Source: a virus
Virus record (IMG/VR): IMGVR_UViG_3300045971_000354
Coordinates: 79,464-143,463 of that record
Reading direction: 5' to 3' (one strand)
DNA length: 64,000 bases
Part shown: piece after piece, positions 10,150-18,387 of the stretch
How positions within the stretch are numbered: the stretch's first letter is position 1
Layout of the letters: each line of letters opens with the position of its first letter
Notes under the pieces: generated by a model
Database searches by the model: none
The model's input: the letters and a program-made list of their open reading frames with translations, nothing else
What the model was told of the DNA's origin: nothing
Program-made: the position numbers and the translations under genes

Positions 10150-10630
10150 TGCTGTCCCTTGATACATTGTTTAAAATAGTACGCATTTCTAATTCAGTCT
10201 TAAAAGGACCCTTAAAATCGTAGCGTTCCAGTGTAATTAGTTTGGGACAGAAGCTTTTAACCCATCCTTTCTTGAAACGGATTACATAGTAACCTGCACA
10301 ATATAAACTTTTACTTTTGCTGCTCTTTGCATATATCGGCAAGTGCTTCTTTACATTCCACAACGGTCCGTATGCTTTTCCGTTCATTGGAAAGCCGTAA
10401 ATATCCTGCGGAAGATCTTTTATCTTAGGTTCTTTCTTTACAACTGATTGATCAAGTGTAATTCCGAACCGTTCTTTAATCTCTGTAAGATCTCCGACTT
10501 CGATTTTTTGTCCACGATATAGAAAGCTATAACCCTTTTTATCTTTACTAAGAGTTCCGACTTTTTCACCGTCGGTTTCGATAATCCAAAACTTGTTTGG
10601 AACTAATACTTTTGCAACTGCTGCGATCAT
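10136..10630 (-). CDS. Hypothetical phage protein
   Basis: 164 aa, ATGA coupling with the nuclease gene. Confidence 0.8.
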   Translation of the reverse strand: MIAAVAKVLVPNKFWIIETDGEKVGTLSKDKKGYSFLYRGQKIEVGDLTEIKERFGITLDQSVVKKEPKIKDLPQDIYGFPMNGKAYGPLWNVKKHLPIYAKSSKSKSLYCAGYYVIRFKKGWVKSFCPKLITLERYDFKGPFKTELEMRTILNNVSRDSNATA

Positions 10631-11619
10631 GAGTGGTACCTTGCGTTTAATGGGTCGGCATAGCTTTGTGCTTGCTCGCTAATTTTTTGTAGATCGTATT
10701 GGGCACAAAACTTCATCAGTCTTACACCAACTTGAGCAACGTTCTTTTGTTTATCAATCTCTGCTTGGACTGTTTCGACCATTAATTTCTTAATATCTTC
10801 GGGCTGTGCAGTTAAGTCACATAATACAACGTTCCGTTGATAGTCGTCTAACACACGATGTTCGGCTCCTTCGTGATCAGTCCATCGCTGTAGCATCATA
10901 TTATTCCATGCCCAACCTTTCTTATCACGATCTCCAAATGCTTCGCGTAGCCCGACTTTGTTCTTACTGCCCTTTTCGCGAACACCTGGATATGCAGAGA
11001 AAATATTATCGCTAGTATCTCCGCGCATACACTTTTCAAATAACAACCATTGAGGATCAGGTTCGGGCTTTAGTAGTCCGGTCTTGCTATCCTTAACACG
11101 TTTGCCATTTTCATCGAAGTAACCTTCGTGTGTGGTAGTAATTTTCGATACACCGTTATATTGCTTAACATTAACTGCGATTAACTGTGCAAAGTCACCG
11201 TCTGTGCTGATAATAACATGATCATCTTCCGGATGTGCTTGAATAAATCCTGCAATAGTATCGTCAGCTTCGAGCTCCGGATTTTGCAAAACAGAGCAAT
11301 TTGTTTTTTCAATAATAAAGTTTTTAAAATCGTCAAACGTTTCCCAAAACAATTTATCTTCTTCTTGTTCTGCTGCGGTATGCTTTGCACGGGCATCGGT
11401 ACGTTGACGCTTATACGGAGCATACACCTTTTTCCGCCAGCTTCGCCCTTCTAAGTGAAACACAACGTGATCACCTTTAAACTCTTTCCATGCCTTACGA
11501 ACACTCATTAAGACAGTGGCAAGGCTCATGCCTACCTTGTCTTCAAGGGTTCCACGAACGACATGGCGTGCACGAAAAAATGTGTTTGCTGTGTCCACAT
11601 GGATAAATGTTTTCTTCAT
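10627..11619 (-). CDS. rnh: T4 RNase H-like 5'-3' exonuclease/flap endonuclease
   Basis: HVD.AN, SWRK..Y..YK..R, LEADD, ISTDGDF.QL, GDTSDNI. Confidence 0.85.
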   Translation of the reverse strand: MKKTFIHVDTANTFFRARHVVRGTLEDKVGMSLATVLMSVRKAWKEFKGDHVVFHLEGRSWRKKVYAPYKRQRTDARAKHTAAEQEEDKLFWETFDDFKNFIIEKTNCSVLQNPELEADDTIAGFIQAHPEDDHVIISTDGDFAQLIAVNVKQYNGVSKITTTHEGYFDENGKRVKDSKTGLLKPEPDPQWLLFEKCMRGDTSDNIFSAYPGVREKGSKNKVGLREAFGDRDKKGWAWNNMMLQRWTDHEGAEHRVLDDYQRNVVLCDLTAQPEDIKKLMVETVQAEIDKQKNVAQVGVRLMKFCAQYDLQKISEQAQSYADPLNARYHS

Positions 11620-11993
11620 TAAGAGACCTCTGACTTTCCGTTGTTTAATTTATTGACATTGATGTAACCACTACCTCGACGATCCATCGGAATACCTTCA
11701 TCATTTCCAATTTCTTTACAAAGATCTTGAAACCACTGATCTACAAGTTCTTCGTCAGTGACACCTGTGTAACCATTGTTACGTAACATTAACACAAAGT
11801 ACTCGTTCCAGTCAAGTTCAAAAAAGCCGTTTCGTGGATTCGTCGGATCTACTTTTGTATCTAGAACAGCTACCCAAGGTTCTTTACCTTCAGTTGCTGC
11901 CTTCTTAGGGTCGATAACAGGAGACTCACCTGCATACTTTGCAGCTTCTTTACTTGCTGTGATGCCTAGGATTTTTTTAATTTTGTTTAACAT
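11619..11993 (-). CDS. Hypothetical phage protein
   Basis: Likely start MLNKIKK at 11993 (TAATG coupling). Confidence 0.75.
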   Translation of the reverse strand: MLNKIKKILGITASKEAAKYAGESPVIDPKKAATEGKEPWVAVLDTKVDPTNPRNGFFELDWNEYFVLMLRNNGYTGVTDEELVDQWFQDLCKEIGNDEGIPMDRRGSGYINVNKLNNGKSEVS

Positions 11994-12256
11994 TATTTTC
12001 TGCCATTGAAGTTCCATTTTAGGAACGCTGTTTTTTCTATATAATAAAATTCGTATATTTTAGCTATATCAGTAGGCAGCGAAGATAATCGTTGCCCTCT
12101 ATAGCATTTAGTTAGCCACAACTTCTTTCCGGTCAAAAAACAATTATGCGGGATTGCACAATATTGTAAATGCCAATTGGTAGCATTTTGTAATCCCCAA
12201 TCTTGACTTGGAGGCGATTGTGTAGTGTCGCCCATTAAGTTTGCTAACGTGCTCAT
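11993..12256 (-). CDS. Hypothetical protein
   Basis: 87 aa, coupled to both neighbours. Confidence 0.65.
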   Translation of the reverse strand: MSTLANLMGDTTQSPPSQDWGLQNATNWHLQYCAIPHNCFLTGKKLWLTKCYRGQRLSSLPTDIAKIYEFYYIEKTAFLKWNFNGRK

Positions 12257-12456
12257 GTCTTACCCCACTTAATCTTTAGCCATATTCGTTCATGAATATA
12301 ATAATCTATACTCAACAACATGTGTAAGATTGTTGCAAATCCAGTAGATTTTCCGATATCGCCTATTAACAAATATGTCCATAATATTGTGAATAACCAC
12401 GCCGTTAGTCGGTATGTTATCATTCGTACTATGGTTCTTTTATGTGTCTCTATCAT
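12253..12456 (-). CDS. Small membrane protein (DUF2061-like)
   Basis: ETHKRTIVR.ITYR...YYIHERIW..IKWG, two hydrophobic helices. Confidence 0.7.
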   Translation of the reverse strand: MIETHKRTIVRMITYRLTAWLFTILWTYLLIGDIGKSTGFATILHMLLSIDYYIHERIWLKIKWGKT

Positions 12457-13337
12457 TATGCTAGTGCTGCAAACAAGTGCATCTGAGTTTGCATAATGAG
12501 TCCATTTTGCATACAGTACTGCCCAACATACTTGTGATTAGCTTCGTTCTTGGCCATATTTAAAAGGCCGGGCTCCCACCAAGAAATTACTTCATCTACA
12601 GTACTTCGTTCTGCTATACTGATTGCGCCCTTTTCAGCACGTAACAGTTTAATCTTTTGAGGGAAGTCGTTGTACACATTCATCGGAGAACAGTAAATAT
12701 CCTTACCTGTGTTAGCTTTCCATTCCAATGCCCAGTCAGGGACTGTGTTGTACGGAGTATTGGGATCTGCACTAATAACAAACTTTAAAACATTTGCTCG
12801 TTCTAAGATTGTCTTGCCTGGTTTTAGATACCGGGTAGGAGCTTTACCAAACTCTGCACATTTCGGTGAGCAAACAAGCGTAACACCTTCTGGTACCACT
12901 GTGTCGGGAATACCGTTGCTTTCGACTTGAACTGCTTTGAATACATCGCGTTGCTTATACATAAAATCTGTAATGTTTTCTTGCAACAATGGTTCGCCAC
13001 CTGTCATTACCAATACAATATTAGGAAATAACCCTGTATATGGATTTTGTGGAACTGCCCATTCTGGTGCAGTCTGACCTTTGTTAGTCCAATATGCTTT
13101 GATAGTCTCATCCATCTTATCTGCAATCTGATCAAACGTCATCCAATCGCCGTCGTCAAAGAATGTGTCGCAGAATGAGCAATCTAAATTGCACTTTGCA
13201 AGGCGGATGAATAACGCAGGCATACCGGCATACGGTCCCTCTCCTTGCAGCGTGAAGAACATTGACGTAACAAATAAACTATCTTTAGGTGCGTCTCGAA
13301 AAAACTTCTTTCCGATCACTTCGTTGGTTCCAAAAAT
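12456..13337 (-). CDS. queE: 7-carboxy-7-deazaguanine synthase (radical SAM)
   Basis: F.TLQGEG..AG.PA.FIRL..CNLDCSFCDT, TGGEP, VESNG, CSPK, Q.H. Start is probably ATT at 13337; GTG at 13319 is the alternative. Confidence 0.9.
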   Translation of the reverse strand: MFGTNEVIGKKFFRDAPKDSLFVTSMFFTLQGEGPYAGMPALFIRLAKCNLDCSFCDTFFDDGDWMTFDQIADKMDETIKAYWTNKGQTAPEWAVPQNPYTGLFPNIVLVMTGGEPLLQENITDFMYKQRDVFKAVQVESNGIPDTVVPEGVTLVCSPKCAEFGKAPTRYLKPGKTILERANVLKFVISADPNTPYNTVPDWALEWKANTGKDIYCSPMNVYNDFPQKIKLLRAEKGAISIAERSTVDEVISWWEPGLLNMAKNEANHKYVGQYCMQNGLIMQTQMHLFAALA

Positions 13338-13338
13338 T

Positions 13339-13599
13339 TTAATTCTCCTTAATTGTATCGAGCCACATGTGCTCAGTTACTTTGTACATTTCTAGTACAT
13401 TAATATGCATGACTAACAATTTTTCATTAAGAGACAACCAATCTAACATTGCTTGTGCATCCTGCCGACGACTAAACCGCATTGCTTTATTAGCATCTGT
13501 ACTAAACTCTACCGAGTTAATAGGTCCACCAACAAACCATTCAGGGCGTGACGCAGGGTGAGGTAAGTTAAGTTCAATTAGCCAAGCAATTTCATTCAT
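13339..13599 (-). CDS. Hypothetical protein
   Basis: Start MNEIAW at 13599 with SD AAGGAG. Confidence 0.7.
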   Translation of the reverse strand: MNEIAWLIELNLPHPASRPEWFVGGPINSVEFSTDANKAMRFSRRQDAQAMLDWLSLNEKLLVMHINVLEMYKVTEHMWLDTIKEN

Positions 13600-13600
13600 A

Positions 13601-13891
13601 TTAAATCTCCTTAATTCCAAAGTGTTCTTTAATACACTCAGTTGCTTCATATATGCCGTTAACAATGCCGTCTTCGTACATCGCTAATGTTTTATCTTTT
13701 GGTTCAGATTCTAAATATTTTGCATGATTTTCACTTACGTTAATGCATTCCCGAACAATCAGCTCGGCGAACTTTTCCGCTTGCTCATTTGTGACAAAGT
13801 AATCTCTATCTTCAATGAGAGTTCGGGGATTGCCACCTAGAACATATCGCCACCCTGCTTGCTCAGCAAGTTCTTTAATTCGTTCGTTCAT
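13601..13891 (-). CDS. Small phage protein, MNERIKELA...FAELIVREC family
   Basis: Paralogous to 14274..14552 and 46869..47087. Confidence 0.75.
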   Translation of the reverse strand: MNERIKELAEQAGWRYVLGGNPRTLIEDRDYFVTNEQAEKFAELIVRECINVSENHAKYLESEPKDKTLAMYEDGIVNGIYEATECIKEHFGIKEI

Positions 13892-13892
13892 A

Positions 13893-14099
13893 TTATTCCT
13901 TAATCAATGTAGCGGACATTACTTTTGATAAACGGCCTACTGTTACTGTCATTTGATATTGCTGGCCTTTTTCTACTGTGTCAATATCTATTCCTGGCGT
14001 ATCCTTGTTAAAGGAATATATCCAATCATCGTCTGTCCTAAGGTGAACTAACTTGAATCCTTCTAAGACTTCAAGCACTGTGCCAATAACTTCTTTCAT
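13893..14099 (-). CDS. Hypothetical protein
   Basis: 68 aa, SD GAGGA, ATGA coupling. Confidence 0.7.
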   Translation of the reverse strand: MKEVIGTVLEVLEGFKLVHLRTDDDWIYSFNKDTPGIDIDTVEKGQQYQMTVTVGRLSKVMSATLIKE

Positions 14100-14272
14100 T
14101 TGTCCTCGTACTTCACAAGTTTAACATCAAACTCGTCGGCAAATGCTTCCGCTAATGCTGCGGTTAATTGTTCGGTTAATTCATCACATCCGGTTGCATT
14201 AGTTGCAAGCAACTCTTCCCAGAACTCGTGATTGCCTTCTGTAATAGTTAACTCGAATGTGTAGCGTTTCAT
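14096..14272 (-). CDS. Hypothetical 58-aa protein (not in ORF track)
   Basis: MKRYTFELTITEGNHEFWEE...KYEDK fills the gap exactly; ATGA overlap with the next gene. Confidence 0.7.
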   Translation of the reverse strand: MKRYTFELTITEGNHEFWEELLATNATGCDELTEQLTAALAEAFADEFDVKLVKYEDK

Positions 14273-14273
14273 A

Positions 14274-14552
14274 TTAGTTAACTGGTTTGAACGAGTCTAG
14301 TATGACTGTGTCTGTTCCGAAGCTTTGCCCTGTTGAAGATAAAATATGATCAACTGCACGTCGAGCACATTCTTTGATAACTAGCTCTGCAAACTTTTCA
14401 AACACAATGTCAGGAATAACTAACACGCCTGCATCTCGTGCTAGCTGAACAATGTTCCCTGCAGTTTTTTGCGAGACAGAAGATGATTGATCTAATGTTG
14501 TTAAATATTCTCTGCTTGCTTGGCTTGCAAATTGATTAAGTAAATCATTCAT
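14274..14552 (-). CDS. Small phage protein, EKFAELVIKEC family
   Basis: Shares EKFAEL(I/V)(V/I)(R/K)EC with 13601..13891. Confidence 0.7.
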   Translation of the reverse strand: MNDLLNQFASQASREYLTTLDQSSSVSQKTAGNIVQLARDAGVLVIPDIVFEKFAELVIKECARRAVDHILSSTGQSFGTDTVILDSFKPVN

Positions 14553-14935
14553 TGTTTATCCTTTTTATAATTACCTTTACCTGGGATAGTGTTTCTAACG
14601 CCACCTACAGGATCTTCAACATCACCATTCCTCCGAGGAATCATATGAATATGCGGCCACATAACAGTTTGTCCAGCAGCTTCGCCGTAATTCATTCCAA
14701 TGTTAAATCCATCCCATGCTCCACCATCTACTCCGTTCTTCCCGTGTTCTACTGCATCAGTAAATGCTTCATACAAAATGCTTATAGTGTTATATTTAGG
14801 CACAAAGAGCAAGTGGCCTTCTGTACACGGATATTTGTCTCTGAAAACGATTACATGAAAGTCGTCTCGAATAACATCATCCCACGGTGCTGTTGATTCG
14901 CTAATATGGTTTGGACCATTAAAAATTTTATTCAT
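14549..14935 (-). CDS. HIT family nucleotide hydrolase
   Basis: DKYP.TEGHLLFVP, GFNIG.N.G.AAGQTV..PHIHMIPR. Confidence 0.9.
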   Translation of the reverse strand: MNKIFNGPNHISESTAPWDDVIRDDFHVIVFRDKYPCTEGHLLFVPKYNTISILYEAFTDAVEHGKNGVDGGAWDGFNIGMNYGEAAGQTVMWPHIHMIPRRNGDVEDPVGGVRNTIPGKGNYKKDKQ

Positions 14936-15291
14936 TTCTGACTATCTCCTGGAAGTACACGGTAATTGTCTTCGACACTATCCGGTGTGCTAACTTCAAT
15001 TATAGTGCCTTTTTCAATACAAATCAACTGGTGTGGCTCTAGCGGCAAGTTACGCCAAACATCACCCTTTGATAAAACTGTTTCTTGCTGCGATGCATCT
15101 TTAGTAAGAATACTTACCACTATGAATTTTCCATCAAGCACATACCATGATTCATCTTTTTCAGCATGAAAATGCATACTGAATTTTGCACCAGCATTAA
15201 AATTCATTAGCTTACCACAATACTTGCTGTTAGTTGCCCAGATAAGTTCTGAACCCCATCCTTTTTCTACGCTTCCTGTGAGTCTTGTCAT
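14932..15291 (-). CDS. Cupin (sugar isomerase-like)
   Basis: VEKGWGSE...SMHFH..KDESWYV..G...PHQL...IEVST; start MTRLTG. Confidence 0.75.
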   Translation of the reverse strand: MTRLTGSVEKGWGSELIWATNSKYCGKLMNFNAGAKFSMHFHAEKDESWYVLDGKFIVVSILTKDASQQETVLSKGDVWRNLPLEPHQLICIEKGTIIEVSTPDSVEDNYRVLPGDSQK

Positions 15292-15830
15292 TTTAGCCAC
15301 CAATTACTATATGGAAATTCTACTGATAAATCATCCTCTACGGTGTTGACCTCAACTCCGGTAAAATCCATTTTTACATTACATTTACTAGCAGTATTAT
15401 CAACTACTACTGCAAACTTAACATTCTTATTCCATACATCCGCCCATCGAGAATGATTAGGTAAACACCCGCCTTGCCAATCTTCCACAAGCCAATTGAA
15501 TGTTTCACCTGTTCTGTTAATATCATCAACTACAAGGATATTTTTATTCAATTCGGGAAGTGTTCTAACGGTGTTAGTAGGCACTGGAAGTTCGTCACCT
15601 TCGTAAGGCAAGTACCCAAATGCATCTTCTGCAACCCATAAATTACTCTCATCTTTGTTTAGAATTTGTAGAGGAACATTGAAGTACTGACTAATTAGTA
15701 GCGAGGGATATAATCCTCCGCCGTTAATTCCTACTATGTAATCAGGCCTCCAACCACTGTTAGTAATCTCTCGGCAAATGCTTGAGATTATACTTTGATA
15801 TTCTTGATGATTAAGAGTGAGCTTGTTCAT
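15288..15830 (-). CDS. Type I phosphoribosyltransferase (Gpt/xanthine-guanine PRT-like)
   Basis: PDYIVGI.GGL.P, PRPP-binding ILVVDDINRTGET, C-terminal VEFPY. Confidence 0.8.
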   Translation of the reverse strand: MNKLTLNHQEYQSIISSICREITNSGWRPDYIVGINGGGLYPSLLISQYFNVPLQILNKDESNLWVAEDAFGYLPYEGDELPVPTNTVRTLPELNKNILVVDDINRTGETFNWLVEDWQGGCLPNHSRWADVWNKNVKFAVVVDNTASKCNVKMDFTGVEVNTVEDDLSVEFPYSNWWLK

Positions 15831-16284
15831 GTCGATCCTTTAAATATTTTTCGTGATTGATCCAGTTATTATTGACCAGGAATCCCCAATCTCGTTTATG
15901 TGGACCGGGCATAAACAACGTCCAGGCAACAACTCCTTCTTTTAGTTCAATACGGTGATAACTCTCGGGTTTACAAATACGAAAGTGTCCCGGACCTCGC
16001 CAGTGTTGAGTCTCTCCTACTTTTAATCCGTTTGCAAATACAGGAGTCCATTCATAGTATCCGCCTTTAAGGATAAATGTAGCATATGGCCACGGATGAT
16101 CATGCATATCATCTGGATCACCTTTAAGGAACTTATGTAAGAACACATTAAATGGAAACGCCTTTCGATCTTTAAGGAACAGATAATATCGTTCCAAGTA
16201 AGGCTTATTACAGACACGATCCATAATAGTGATCTTTCGACCTCTTTGATCCATCCAGTTTAAAAATTTGTTAGTAAGTGTCAT
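15811..16284 (-). CDS. Cupin-fold hypothetical protein
   Basis: FLHKF...D.HDHPW...ILKGGYYE...YHRIEL...WTLF..G. Confidence 0.65.
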   Translation of the reverse strand: MTLTNKFLNWMDQRGRKITIMDRVCNKPYLERYYLFLKDRKAFPFNVFLHKFLKGDPDDMHDHPWPYATFILKGGYYEWTPVFANGLKVGETQHWRGPGHFRICKPESYHRIELKEGVVAWTLFMPGPHKRDWGFLVNNNWINHEKYLKDRHEQAHS

Positions 16285-16453
16285 CTTGTGATTTGCAAAG
16301 TTCTAAAGTGTTTTTAAATTGATTCCACGCATTTTCTAAAGTTGGAAACTTTTTACAAAGCCTTCCGACTTGTAGTGGATCAGTTTTGTATTTGAGATAA
16401 ATCTCATGTTGATCATCTGTCCAATCATCACTGTCCTTGTGTACTGTAATCAT
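16271..16453 (-). CDS. Hypothetical protein
   Basis: 60 aa, coupled to neighbours. Confidence 0.6.
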   Translation of the reverse strand: MITVHKDSDDWTDDQHEIYLKYKTDPLQVGRLCKKFPTLENAWNQFKNTLELCKSQDDTY

Positions 16454-16833
16454 GAAGCCTTCAACGCTTCGATTGTAATGATCTTAGAAATCTCAGTCCC
16501 AAGGTCCATGTCGTCATGTATAACATACAATCCAATACCCGAGGTATCCTTGCGACGATTATACATTTGTGTTTCGATAATTGTACCGCCACGTGCTTTA
16601 ATAACTTTAAATCGAATTGCTTGCTCAGACGCAATTTCGTCTGCTCGAGCAGGTTCTAGCTGTAGCCCTTGTACTTTATTCGCCCCACTTGTATTAGGAT
16701 TAATATCGCTATTCAACCAGTTACGAACTCGTTGTTTAAATGTCATCGGTTTCTTTTCCGCGGTAATTGTATTATAATACTTTGGTTCGTATTCTGCTTT
16801 TGCAGAAGAAACTCCGATTAATTGTCCGTTCAT
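16450..16833 (-). CDS. Hypothetical protein
   Basis: Likely start MNGQL at 16833 (ATGA overlap with folE). Confidence 0.7.
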   Translation of the reverse strand: MNGQLIGVSSAKAEYEPKYYNTITAEKKPMTFKQRVRNWLNSDINPNTSGANKVQGLQLEPARADEIASEQAIRFKVIKARGGTIIETQMYNRRKDTSGIGLYVIHDDMDLGTEISKIITIEALKAS

Positions 16834-17528
16834 CTTGGTGCCCATCCTTGTTGTAATGCAATGTTATCAAAAAACTCTTTCTTTACGCTAGCATCTTCTT
16901 TAAAAGCACCTTTAAGTACAGTTGTTTGTGTTAGCGAACTATGCGCCATAATGCCCCTATTCTCGCAGCATCCATGTGTTGCTTGAATATAGACTGCTAC
17001 GTTGTCGCTGCCAGTCGCTTTGCTAATCTCTCTAGCGATATCATTACAGAGTTCCTCTTGTAAAGTACCACGGCGAGCACACCACTGAGCAATACGAGAA
17101 TACTTGCTAAGACCAATGAGCTTTTGAGCGGCAATAATACCAATATAAGCAACGCCGTTAACAGGCTGATGATGATGTGAACACATAGAACGGAGCTCAC
17201 TACGTACAACCAACATACCTTCGTATCTATCTTGGCTATCGTTTGGAAAAGCCGTTGCATCTGGTTCTCTTTCATATCGTCCACTCATTACCTCATTAAA
17301 GTACATTTTTGCAAGGCGTTTTGCTGTGCCTTTACTATTAGGATCGGTTTCACGATCGATCAGAAGTGCATCGAGTACACTTTCAAATGCTGTAGTTGCT
17401 TCTCCGATTAATCTGGCTTTATCCATTTCTGAAACATATTCAGAAATATTATCGCCTGCCCAGAATCGCTTATTCTGCGAACGCATGTGATCGCGAATTA
17501 CCTGTGAAAGGTTTTTACTATTTTCCAA
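16830..17528 (-). CDS. folE: GTP cyclohydrolase I
   Basis: T.KRLAKMY, SMCSHH, IGLSK..RI, QEEL, H.C...RG; TTG start. Confidence 0.95.
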   Translation of the reverse strand: MENSKNLSQVIRDHMRSQNKRFWAGDNISEYVSEMDKARLIGEATTAFESVLDALLIDRETDPNSKGTAKRLAKMYFNEVMSGRYEREPDATAFPNDSQDRYEGMLVVRSELRSMCSHHHQPVNGVAYIGIIAAQKLIGLSKYSRIAQWCARRGTLQEELCNDIAREISKATGSDNVAVYIQATHGCCENRGIMAHSSLTQTTVLKGAFKEDASVKKEFFDNIALQQGWAPR

Positions 17529-17572
17529 TTTTATTATTCTCCGATGTTAAGCCAGTGGATTGGCATATAGCT

Positions 17573-17601
17573 AGTATACAGATTTATTTAGGATCTTGCA
17601 A
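17573..17601 (-). promoter_or_regulatory. sigma70-type promoter for folE with nested late core TAAATA (17585-17590)
   Basis: TTGCAA-17 nt-TATACT. Confidence 0.6.
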
Positions 17602-18387
17602 CCTTAGCAACGTATTTTTCTTTACTGCGGCATCCACTATATTCATATTCAATTCTAGATCTGCTGCAAATTTTAACAATGCAGAAGTATCTTTCGGGAA
17701 GCATGCTCCACCGAATCCATATGCTCCGTCCGGCCCCGGAACTTGCATATGACTCTTACCAATTCTAGGATCTGCTTTTACTAGTTCGGCAACCAATTTG
17801 TAATTACAATCTAATGAATTTGCCAACGCTTCTATTTCGTTCATAAACACAACCTTGGTTGCCATGAACGAATTAATTGTGTACTTTGCTAGAGATGCTT
17901 CCGCAATTGAGCAATACCGAATTGATTTTAAACTTGGCTGACTAATTTTTATTACTCGCTCTGCTTCGCGCATATACGCACTAACATTTCCACCGATGAA
18001 TGCAAATTCTCCGTTGGCATAATCTTGCACTGCATTTGCCGCAGTTAAAAACTCTGGTGCATGCACTAAGTTAGGAAACCGTTCTTGTAATTTAGAATAG
18101 GTAGCCGGCGGCGCCGTGCACTTACTAATAATTACTCCTCGGTACTTTACATCATTTAGCTCTGCTAATACACTTTCCAATGGACCAGTATCGCATGTTC
18201 CGTCTGTACTTTGCGGAGTAGGAACAGATATAAAAATTGCAGAGCAATCCTTTAGTTCTTCGTATGTTGCGTTTAATCCTTTATATGGATCACGCAAAAC
18301 AACAGGCATCGTTATAGAATCAAATGACTGCTTAATTGCCCCGCCTACAAACCCTAATCCAATGATACCGATCTTTTCATTATACAT
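17584..18387 (-). CDS. UDP-glucose/GDP-mannose 6-dehydrogenase family protein lacking the C-terminal domain
   Basis: GLGFVG, VPTP, KCT.PP, PEFL, AKY..N.F.A.KV.F.NE, DPRIG, GFGGACFPKD; only 267 aa. Confidence 0.85.
   Translation of the reverse strand: MYNEKIGIIGLGFVGGAIKQSFDSITMPVVLRDPYKGLNATYEELKDCSAIFISVPTPQSTDGTCDTGPLESVLAELNDVKYRGVIISKCTAPPATYSKLQERFPNLVHAPEFLTAANAVQDYANGEFAFIGGNVSAYMREAERVIKISQPSLKSIRYCSIAEASLAKYTINSFMATKVVFMNEIEALANSLDCNYKLVAELVKADPRIGKSHMQVPGPDGAYGFGGACFPKDTSALLKFAADLELNMNIVDAAVKKNTLLRLQDPK

Noticed and set aside
17529-17570. Canonical preQ1-I or THF-II riboswitch
   Set aside because: The loop is only 6 nt and does not match the consensus as I recall it; kept only as a novel candidate.
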